Below, piece after piece: positions 12,001 through 24,000 of a DNA stretch of 35,480 nucleotides. The DNA is taken from positions 1 to 35,480 of the forward strand of contig CAZHOQ010000002.1 in the NCBI GenBank assembly GCA_964533995.1, given 5' to 3'. The first letter of the stretch is position 1; each line of letters starts with the position of its first letter. A program made the position numbers and the translations under genes. The notes beneath the pieces were generated by a model that saw nothing but the letters and a program-made list of their open reading frames with translations, ran no database searches and had not been told where the DNA came from. This DNA comes from an uncultured Gammaproteobacteria bacterium. GTDB taxonomy: Bacteria; Patescibacteriota; Microgenomatia; UBA10105; UBA927.

Positions 12001-15000
12001 GGAATCCGACGAAGTCGTCTATGCCCAGCACGGGTTCCAAGCGGACGGCAGGGTATACGCCAAGCCGATGGAAGCGATGCTTCTGCCGTATGACCGCAGC
12101 GGCCGGCGGCAGGTGAGCGTTGCTCCCGCGATCGCAGGCGCGAACGGAACCTTCGTTGCCAAAGACGGGGAATACACAATGGACGATGCCGTCGAACAAT
12201 CCTACCAATTCTATACGGCCCTTGATTCGATGTTCCATTTCCAGGGAAAGCGCGTGACCTTCATCGGCCAGTCGACCGGCGCGCGGCTCGTGCTTCTGCT
12301 TGCCGCCCGGCTTTCTTCCGCAAAGCAATTGCCTGCCAATATCCGCTTCGAGTTGGTCGCGCCGTATCTTCTTGATAAGAATCAGTTGACGATTTTCAAG
12401 GGTAATCCGCTTGCATTCCTATATGGGTACGTCAATGATGATTCCCGACCGTTATGGAGGAGACGAGTGCTTTTGTTCCTCGCCAAGTACTCGCTGGTAG
12501 ACCGGTGGATCGTCAATGACCGTTTAAGCAATCTCGGACGGGATACGGCGATCATCGATGACAGCATCATCCACCGTCAGAATCAGCAGGACATCCCGTA
12601 TACCACCCGGTGGACCAACCTGATATTGGGAGCTACCCCCTTGGACTGGGATGCATTACCCGAAGCGGTCCGGGTAGCCGAGATGCGTATCCACGTCCCT
12701 CAGAAAGAAAATATCGTCGATCACCGGTATACCCTGGAGTTCATGGACCGGCACGGACTATCATCGCGGCGCGTGAAAGTAAGCTACGAAAAGGGACATT
12801 ATCCGCCGTTGACCTCATGGGCGCAGGTAGGAAGGTATTTGAATTTTGGCGAACAGCCGGCGGCAACGCCCGTTGAGGAGGAATTCAATCTGTTTGAGTC
12901 GACGACTTCATGGGTCGGGAATTTGCGCGTCGTGGATCCCGAGGCAGCTCGACGGACCCAGTCAATTGTTGATCGCGTGAAAGATGCCCTCGCACGGATC
13001 CGTCCTTCGGATGACAATCCCTGCGGTGGGGGAGCCGGCATCATCCGCAAGGTATTTGCGCAGGATTCCGTCTTTTGTCTCTCACTCGGCGCAGGGGACT
13101 GGGTAGAACAGAAAGAGTCCCGCGCCGCCCAATCGGTTTTGAAACAATTGCCGCCGAGAGGGTACTACCGGCTATATAGGACGGATGATGACTTGCGCAA
13201 TTTTCCGTTGGTGCTAGCTGATCGGAATGCCGAGAAATCATTCGGCGGAACGACACGGATGACCGGTATCCCGGCGGGTTGGTATATCGCCGTATACGAT
13301 GAATCGGGTGCGTTTTCCGGCATCATCGATACGGCGGCCGTCGAACTGCGTTTACAACAAACAACGAAATCAGCGTTAGAATCTCCTGCCGTAACCATCG
13401 TAAGCGCGGGACTCGCAGGCGAGCGGAATAGGGGCGCCAAAATACAGGACAGGTTTGATTTGCCCTTCGGATGGAGCCGAACCGTTGCCGGAATGAGCGT
13501 ATCGTACCAGCTGAAAAACGGCGCCATTGTCACCGTCAACGGCATGGAGGACCGGGCTTCCGCAGAGTTGCTTACGGAACTGGAAACACGGGCGTACGCG
13601 CTCGCCAGGCGGATTTCGGAATTCGATCCCGCTGGGTACTCATTCCTGGACAGAGCCAATGCGTTCCGGGCGTTTGCCGACCCGTTCATTGAGGAACTAC
13701 GGAACCGTCCCAATGCACCACGGTCCACGGTATCCGTCGTGTTGCCGTACCGCGACCGAACCGGGGAACTGCGGATGCTTTCCTACCAGATCGGCGAACA
13801 GACGGTCGCATCAGTTACCCAGAAGGAAGACACGGCGGGTGCGGTTAAACTTGATCCCTTCCATGTGCCGCAGACATTTACCGGAGATCAGGCGGATGCA
13901 GTCATTGCTTCGGTACAACTGCGCAGTTCGGAACGCGCAGTCCGCGAAGCCATCGCGACCCTTATTGTGGATTCCGACCTGGTATTCCAGTCCGAAGAGC
14001 AGGCACGCGTATATTATGCATGGAGTCAGTTGCCTGCAGCCGAGCGGGCGACGTATCAGCGTATGGAAGGACGGGACGGGAAGGCATTGGTGGTGAATGT
14101 TGCCGATCCCCAGGCACAGCCCAGTATTACCGACAAGCCCGTTTACAGAAAAAGCAGGTTCATCATCGGATCGCCGGGATATACGGCAGCCGTCAATACT
14201 CCGGAGCGGGAGGGGATAGTAGCAAACATCCTCCAGTCATCCCGGAGTCCGGTTGAAGCCAGAAAGCGCATTTTGGAACAGCTCTATACATGGGGCGCCA
14301 CGAATGCCCAAAACGGGAGCGATGTGCTTTTCCAGATCGTATTTGATAACGAGGATCCGGCATTTGCTCCGCTAGCTCTTGAGGGACGCGCAGTCGTTGT
14401 CGCTTCACCGGTCGTCAGCGATGACGATCCCGTCATAAAAAGCGTCCGGACGGCGGTCGGCACGGTTGAGGTCGTCGTCGAACAGCGTCAGTCGGGTATT
14501 TCCGTACGGAAATTAACCAGCGGAAAAGAGTTATTCGTAAATGGTGTTTTGGTGGACAATGACGGTGTTTCTATATCGTTAGGGGATCAGATCAGCAGTG
14601 ACATTCAGGGGGTGACCTACGAAATCGACATCGATCCCAGAACCGGCAACATGCTGTGGCGCGATACGCGGTATTTCTTCGAGCCTGCTCCCGGGTTGGT
14701 TGGGGATGATGAGTCTAAAGTGCTTCCGATTTTGATGACGGCGATGAGAAATGATGACCAAGGATCGGTGATGGCACCCGGAAAAAGCAGTATCCTTGCG
14801 GATCTCGTGGCCAATTACATTGAGCTTGCCGCGCCAACAGCGCGGAAGATGTCGGTCGCTTCGGACATGAGGAGCTCCCGGCAGGTCGACAAGAAAAACA
14901 TCATTGCCGAATTTTTGAATATGCCGGGAATTATCGATAACGCATGGTATACGTTACGGTTCCATGACGGATTTGAGGAGTTCGAGATCGGCAGAATAAA

Positions 15001-18000
15001 GCGGTTGCCAAATGGAGACGTTCAGGTTAGGATTCCGCCGACTGCGGAGGGGATAGAGGCCAAAGCTAATCCGCCGCTTGGAAAACGGATTATGGAGATG
15101 CTTGAACGGGGACCGTTTAGCCAGTCAAGCGGGATCGATGCGACACCGGCATGGTTGAAAAGCGTTTTGAATAGGATCGAAAACTCCATCCGTCTGTTTA
15201 GAATGTGGCGCGACCCGGTAGGGTATGGCAGGAGTCTTGCTGACTCCATGCGCGTTACCCTGCCTGCCGATCTTCTGAATAATCCCGATGCGACCATCGC
15301 CTTACGCAACCAGATGCGTCAGGACCTTGCCCAGGCATGGAACTGGATGTCGTTTGCCAGAAGCCGCGGATGGCTGACGACCGCACAGGAAGACGCGATT
15401 TATGATTACCTTTTCGGACAAATGTCCGAGCGGTACGGTGCGGACATGCGCACCAGGTATCCGGATATTTACGGAAGCCTCACGCTTACCCGGACGATGA
15501 CGGACGCGATGGAAGACGTATTCCGGTATCTTGCGGGCGAACGGACAAGAGCATACGGCGAAGGCAGGAATGAGCAGCAGCTGCCTGCACTCCTTACCGC
15601 CTGGCAGGCGTCGCGCCGCCGGCTGCTTACGCGCGGCATTCCCGTGCAGCCGTTGCCCCCGCAGTCCCGGACGGAAACCCTGCCGCATCCCTTTGGAGGG
15701 GACAGGGAAATAACCCTGACCTGGACTTCAAATTCCGTGCGTATCCAGACCGGGGCGTTTATCCGGGACGTTCCGCGGGGAGTGGATGAACAGCGTATTC
15801 CGCTCGAAACGGGACTGATTGCCGTCGTACTCGGCAACGGCGATGTTAGGGTCGAGGTTACGGCATATCCGCATATGGTACAAACGCCGGACGGAACGGT
15901 TCTGTTTTATACCGACATACAGGGCAACCTGTATGACCCGCAGGGAGGCGGTATCCGCAGGTCCGTTGCGGTAACCCCGGTCCGCAGCGGCGGCAACATC
16001 GCGTTCCAGTATGCCGTTACCCGGACAGACGACGGGTACGCGGTAACCCGCCCCCGGACGGTGCGGGTATCCGAAGGCATGACGGTCTCCCTTGCCGACG
16101 GCACAACGACCGTCATTGCGGAAGATGACTTCGTCCATATCAACCGCGGCATGAGAAGCGACATACTGGTTTATCCCGTGACACCCGTTGGTATCGAATA
16201 TCCGGCGCCTGACGAGAGCGGAAACGTGCGGCTCGATATCATCCGCGGAGAGACTGAACTGTCCGGCACGGTACCGGCTACTCCGGCAACGGAGACAATC
16301 GTCGTGCCGGAGGGCGTTACCGCAACGGGTAACGAAACGCTTGCCGTACAGGCAATCACCAGGCTCTCGCCGGAAACCATCGAGCAGGCGGCAGAGCCGT
16401 TTATTACGGTCCGCGACCAGCACGTGACACTATCGAGCGTCCGTCTCATCGGCAATACGCTTATCGGCGACGGCCGCATCGAGTACACCACCCGGGAAAA
16501 GATAGCACAATACGGCGCGCGTGCCATGCCGGTCCGGATGATGATCAATCTCACGCCGGAAGACGCGTATAGAATTTTCCGGAATCCGGACGGCGCGTAT
16601 GCGGAACTTCTTGCCCGGTACCGGCAGTCGACGGAGTATGTGGTTGCCGTACACGGCTATTTCGAGTCCGGCAAACAGTTCGAGTCCGCTGCAGACCAGG
16701 TTCTTACCGCATGGGGAACCAATGGAACGAGGCAGGTGATGATTGCCGTCACGCATTCCGGCGCTGAGGATACCTATGCAGACGCACCGGGATATACCGC
16801 GGAACGTCTCGTGGACCAGGTCGAAGATGCCGTTGAGTACTTTGGTACGCAATACAGGATTGCGGAACGCAATGATGCCCGGGTTACCTATATGGGTCAT
16901 TCGCTTGGCGGCGCGGTCGGCCTCCGGATTATCGGCCGGCACGGAAGGGAACAGGGGGGCATTTGGGGGAAGATCAAGTATCTTTTAGTCGCCCCGTACA
17001 CCGGGGACCGGCGGCAACTTACTCTCCTTAATGAATACCGCGTGATCCCCTCAAATCCGAATACGGGGATCCTGCGGTTACTCAATCATCCGGCATTTTT
17101 ACGCGTCCCATGGCTTCGCTCATACTTTATGTGGTGGTCGAAAACGTTTGGGATCGAGAATGCCTTATTCGATACACTGATGAGTGTCGAGGAGGTCCGT
17201 GACCCAGCGGTTGCCGTATCCAAGCGCATTGCCAGCACATCCCTGCATAACGCCCGGGTAGCAATCCGGGAAACCAACACGCTCGATACGATTCAGCCGA
17301 TAGAGGACGAGTCGATCCTCCGTGAGCTTGCCGGTCAGGACAGGATTGCCATCACCAATCCGGAAACGGATGATACGCTCGATTCCGCTGTCACCGATGC
17401 ATTGGTTGACCGAACGGGAGTGCGGCAGGTGACATACCATAAGAGCCATAACCCCAAACGCCTGGACTGGGCAGGGGAAGTACAGCCCGTCGTCCAACAT
17501 CTGTTCGGCAGGATTACGTTGCCCGCAAATCCCGCGCCACGGTATGTCAATCCCCGAGAGCCGAATTCCCATGACCTGTGGCAAATACTTCGCGACAGTA
17601 TCGTGAATTCCGTCCGGGACCGGTGGGACCGTTTCCGCAGGCAAGGGCGGTATGAGCAGCGAGCGGAGCTTACCAATGAACCGCGGATAACGAGGCCGTA
17701 TGCGCTTGAGCCGTTTAACCTGCCGCAGGAGCAGCTCGGACATATGAGTCTAAGCACGCGGGGTGATTATAAATTCTTCTTTTATACGATCGAGCAGAAC
17801 GGGGAACAGTTCATCGCATTCGAGATGCCGTACGAAGCGAAGTTCTCCGTGGAAAAGCAATATTTCCGGATTAATGGAGCCCCGTACACGCGGGGACTGG
17901 TGCGTTTGCGGCTTGGGGACCGGATCGAATCGTCATTCGGTAACGGCATCGTGAGTGTCGTCCGTGATCCGTCCCAACCGGGCGGGTACGCCCTCGGTAT

Positions 18001-21000
18001 CAGGAACGGGACGGGGATATTCGGCGGACGCGGATCGTTTGGCGTCGGGCTGGGAACAAGTGACGCGAATGGCAATTGGTTTTCGGATGTCGGGAATATC
18101 GCCGTACTCCCCGTCAACGACGGCACCGTACTCGCTGAGAGCCTTACGCAGTGGACCGACCGGTTAGACGCGGATTTTGATCCCGACCTCCTGCTGGTTG
18201 AGGGTGCCGAAGAGCCGTTCTATCTTGAGAGCGTCAGCGCCAACCCGTCATCACCCATGTATATACGCGCACTGCTCCGGGACGGGATCCGTAATCTGCT
18301 TGTCGACATCGACAACCAGCCGGTCGGTTATGTTACGAGGATCGGCGATGTCGTCATGGTTGAACTCCTGAAAGAAAAGGAAAACCAGGGAAATACGACC
18401 CGCCGTTTTGATCTCGTGATGGGCGAACCGATGCGGCTCGTGTCGGTCCGCGATGCTTCGGGCCAACAACAGACTGCGCCATGGTTCCGCTTGTTCTCGC
18501 GCATATTCGACCGAACCAACTCTGCTGAAATCAGTGGGAATGTGCCGGCGATTAAACCGTCTGCCGACACCCCGGTCCGGCAGCAGCGTTTCGACCGGCA
18601 GCATCCGGACATTCTGGCGCAATATTACCGGCGGAATCAGTTCCTGGATGAAGCGAAGCTCGTGCATACTGTCGTCGTACCCGTTGCGGCAGAACTTAAT
18701 AACGCCAATTTCCTTCGCATGTTGGCGTCGCTCAATACGTTGGATCCGAAAACCGACCCCGCAACATTCGAGATACTCGTAGTAGTCAACAACGAAGACT
18801 CCGAGGCGGGAGGACAGGCATATTTCATAGAAAATCAGCGTACCGTAAGAATCCTCCAAGCATACGGGGCCGCGCTCCTGGACAGCCAACGGATTTCTCC
18901 GGATGAGGCGGTTGCACGGTTGGCCCTTGCGTTAGCGCCATATAATCTGACTCCCGGGCAAGTTTCGCTGCTTTCTGATCTGCTTAGGAAAAAAATCCGT
19001 ATCTATGGGATAGACGCAAGTTCCGTCGGACAATCCATCACGCGAAACGAAACGGAATTCTCACCGGGAATCGCGAAAAATATCGGTACGCATATCGCAT
19101 ATGAACGCCTTGGACATTCCGCATCAAACGACACGCTGATAGATTACAAGGATGCGGATATCGCATTCCCGTCGGATTATTTTCTAACGGTCGGCCGACT
19201 GCTTCAAAGGAAGCCGGGAGCGGTGTATTTCGGGATACAAGTCGTCCCTGGCATCCTTCCTAATTTGACGAACGCCGTCCAGAATCCCAAGCAACGTCTG
19301 GCGATTGTTGCATCGTATGCGTCGGAAGCGCTCGGAGGATTTAAGGGGGCGACGAAATATTTCGATTTTTCCAATGGGGGCAGGATTCAATTCGGACGAC
19401 GGGGTTCCTACCAGGAGGGGCCACAGCTTGCGATGAGTCCGGAGGTTGCCCGCGCCCTCGGCGGATATCCGATATCCGGACGGTTCGGTGAAGATTTTAC
19501 GGCGGCGGCATGGGCGCGAGATGCCGCAACGATTGTCGAACAGTATCCTGGTGACCTCCCCGTACTTACCCAGGTGCCCGGAAAATACGACTCTACGGAT
19601 ATGTATGCCGAAAGACATCCAACGGCATCCGCAAACAAGGATCATAACCTGATTTCTGCTATTGCGCGGACATACCAGTCCTATTCCCAAAATACGGATT
19701 TTCAGCGTGCCCTTGAACGATATTGGCAGCAGGATGCTGAACGAGCATTGCATAACAGGCAAATTATTGAAGCGATAGCCCGGGTTGTCTGGATGGGCCA
19801 ACCGATCCAGACTCTCAGCGCGGAAATCCAGGAGGAAATTGCCAGGAATTCGTATCTCGTGGATTTTGTTCGCGATGTCCGTACCGTTCATTCGCCGAAT
19901 AGTCCGGAAGAATTCATGCGGATTATTGCGAAGGAATATCCGATTTTGTTCGGCACGATTCCGCAGGAGCCGGATTACGAAGAGTTGACTGGGGTATTGC
20001 GTGATGACACTTCATCCCGACTGATTAATCCCCGCGATTTCGTCCATGTCATCCGCGCGGCGTATGCGGCCGAAGCCGCAGCAAATGGCAGCAATGCCGT
20101 TATTCAGGCTTCGTCTCAAACCGCCGTCGATGGTCAGCCAGAGGACGTCGGTGAAGAAGTTGCGAAGAACTGGTACGGTAAGTTCGAAAATATCGCCTGT
20201 GGATTAGGGGCCGGGATAGTGAAGCCCGTTTATGCTCAAGGCCCGGGCGGGAGTCAGTCGGCAAGTGGTGTCTGTCAGGTCGCCAGGGCAGCCGGGACGT
20301 TTATTTGGAAGAAACCGTTGCGAGCGATTGAATTTTTCGTGCTGGATAACGTGCTTCGGCCAATCCTGAGCAGGCAGGCTCCGGCGAATAAACTGCAGAC
20401 ACTCGTAGTTGCCTACGGGGTCATCGGTGTGACACTGGGTTTGGTTTCCGTCGGATTACTCCTAAGTAGCTGGGTTGCACCTGTCGCCGGGGTTTTTGGA
20501 TTAGCTTTGACAATGATCGGGATACTTGGTTTTTGGGACATCATGGGTGTGAAAAAGTCGGCACTTTCCTATCTGTATCCCAATGCCATTCAGGTTGCCG
20601 GTAACGGGCATTTCCAGGATCGGGCAAATTGGATTCGTTATTACCAAAAACGGCTCGAGTCCGACCCGAGTTTAGCGGGGTACGTGCAGGATGCCACCAC
20701 TACCACTGCTATTTATGCTGCGTTGGAACGGTACGAGCAGGATCGGTTACGAAAAGAAATCGATGCATTTGAGGATACGAATCCGGTTGAATTCAAAGAT
20801 ATCCAGGCGCAGGCAGCACGGATTGCACCGGTGATTGGCCGATGGCGAACGTTATCATTTGCCGAACGTAATCGGATGATCGGCGAATCTATGAGCGCTG
20901 ATGATGCTCGGACGCTGGATTTCCTTGATCTCTATGGTCAGTTCCCAAATCATAGCATCCAGTTGCACGGTGATGCCGTGCTGCAAGCAGGGTTGATTCG

Positions 21001-24000
21001 GTATCATAATAACCAGTTAAGGGCTCGGGAGCAGATACTTCATGCAAACCAGTCCTATGGGCGCGTCGTGGCACATGCCGGATTCCAAGCAGCCGGGGCA
21101 CCCAACGGAACGTCCCGTATGTATAAGGACGGAACCATTCTAGTCGTGTATTTTGATCCTGAAGAGGCCGCATATTATTACAAACATCCCGACCAAGGCG
21201 GACAGTTCGAGTTTACGAATCAACACATTCTGACAGTCAACATCGCTGTATCCGGTGGGGCAGGTGAGGTGCAGAGCGTTACGAATCATGAGTATGCCCA
21301 TTCACAAAGTAAGAATAAGAGTGTGGCCAAGCTGTTTACTTTTGTATTTCTTTTCAAGACATTCGATGAGGGGGCGACAAGCGTATGGCAACATCTTCTT
21401 GATATCGTGCAGGGTCGAACACCAGAGGAATCCAGTAAATATTTGTCGTATTCGGCGGAACGAACAGCTATGGATAGGTTGTTCCGGTGGCAGCGCCTCC
21501 TTGGTGTACCAGAGCAGGCTGCAGTCCGAAATATATTAGCCATTCAGCAGGATGAAAATATCGGCGCAGGATTCCCTGCCTTTTGGCAGCGGGGTGCGGC
21601 ATGGGGAATCGTGGCGCTGTCGCGTATTACTGATTTATTTAATATCTTTGGAGCGCCCCCATTCCATAAAACCGCGTTAGGGCAGGCCGTGGCACGGTAT
21701 GGCACTGAAATCCGTAATCAAGCCTTTGAACAAGGAACGGAAACTCCGACAATCGCACCGGGCGTACAACAATACTTTATTACCGATCAGCCGGGGGATA
21801 TACTCGAATCCGGCGCAAAAGCAATTACCGACCGTGCGGAAGATCTCTTGTGTGGGGGGAATTCGGGATTCGTGAGAAAAGCATATGCGCAGAGTCCTGG
21901 CGGTAGCGGGTCGGCGAGCGGCGTCTGCCAGGTCGCCAGGGCAGCCGGGACGTTTATTTGGAAGAAACCCATCCGGCAGATTGCGGAATGGACAATCCAG
22001 CGTCCGCAGGCCAGGCCAACATTGTCAACAGACCCATCGATCTTGCTTCAGAACCTTCCTGAACGGATACAGGCCGTATTGCGCGAGGCGGATGCGGCGG
22101 CCGCACGGAAGCCAAAGACGAAGCTGGAAAAAGAGATTACGGTAAGCCAGCTTAACGACGCATCGAAGCGGTACAGGAATCAGCGGGAGCTCGTCAATAA
22201 TTATGCGATCTTCATATCACTGTACCCGGAAATCATAAAAAGCACGGTGTTCACCGGTACCCAGGGGACGGCCGACCTTGAGGTGCGGCTACAGGATGCA
22301 TATAACGCGCACGGCATGTTCATCATGGCCGGGACGCTTACCCGGTATCTGGCGATCAAGGATGCCGCGGAGGCATGGCTCGCTACTCATGGAACCGCCA
22401 TGCCGGCCGATGAGCTCCAGAAGGAAATCGCCAAACAGTTTTCCGCGGATATCAACTATGAAGAGATTGCCGAGGAGTATATCGCGCGCATGCCGGGTGA
22501 GGCCGGGCGGAACAGGAAACTGGTTGCAAACGTCAGGGACTATCTCCGGCGCAAAATCAATTCGCTTCCCAAGCAGGGGAGTCTTACTGAGACGGGGACT
22601 CTGGATATCGAAGGGTTAGAGATTTCCGAAGCGGAACTTCTTCAGGCCGTCGTCGTCCGCGCGAATGGCAGCAGGCTTGGCGGAAACAGGACAATTGATC
22701 AGATCGACGACCACGAGCTGTATCTTATTGCCGCAAGTATTATCCTCAGCAGATACGAGGTTGAGGCGACCTTCGGTTCCTATGCGATATATAAACGGCT
22801 TCTTCTGGAGTCGGATGCACATTTTGACAGTAAGGTAGAGGAGCTTACCGGTATTAAGGTTCCCTTCGGGGAAGGGCTCGTGACCTTACCGTACACGGTG
22901 CTTGACGACGCACTGCAATACATAAAACCGGAGGGTTCAAGAACTGATGCCGCTGTCTTTGACAAAGTAACCCGCGGTACGTTTATTAGGACCGACATGT
23001 TTGCGCCCATCGGGTGGCTTCTCCATATCCGTGCCCACGAGCGGATCCACCAGAAGCAGACCCAAAAAACCGGCGGCGTCTCGGCGCAGGACGGGTCCTA
23101 TATCGAGGCATTCACCGATATGCTGGCAAGCGCCGTGTACCCGCATGAGTCCAGCTATTCGTCGGCGGTTAACAGGATTGCCCGTGCGCACCAGCTTCTG
23201 TTAGCCGCGGCTGGTAATCCTGAAGTACGGGTCAAAGAGTTGTGGAAGAGTATGGCGCTGACGGCATTTACCGGGAACCATTACGGGTATGACGAATCGA
23301 CCGGGGAAAAGATTCCCTACTACGGTACGCTCATGGAGGAGGAATTCGGTATCGGCGTATTCATACAGTGGATGAGTGAGTCGAGCTTCATTTTCGATAA
23401 CGGAAGGAACACCGACGCATGGTTTTATTATCCGCAGTATTTTTCCGAAAACGACCGGCTCGCCTATGATGCGCAAAGCGGCCTCTATCAAGTGGCAGCT
23501 ATTCTCCTTAACCGAAGCGCGCTGAAACCGAAGGAAGTGCGCCGGGCAAATCTTCCGTTCACTCCGGCATGGTTTACGGCCATAGGGTCCGAGACGATGG
23601 GGAATCAGTATGCTAGGAGATTCCAGCGCCTTGCCGAACTGATGCACGTATATGGAAGATACCGGACTGAACCTTCCTACGCACCCAACGAGAGTATCCG
23701 GCAGCGGGCGTTGCTGTCGCTCAAAATACTTTTCATTCATGTGTTCGTGAGCGATTACCGGTGGCTTGATAGTGACGAGTCCGTAGATGCCTATCTGCAG
23801 CGGACATATCAGCAGCGGTATCTGGACTCCGTAGTTGTGCCCCAGGGAACGGTGCCGGCAGTTGGTGCCCGCGTATTCGTGACGTACACGGATGATCAGG
23901 GTCAGCCGCATGAAAACGAGGCAGCCGTACTGGCACGCCGTTTTGAGGAGGGTGTGCCCGTTCCCGTGTGGGTCGTAATTTCCGAATCAGGGTACGAGGA

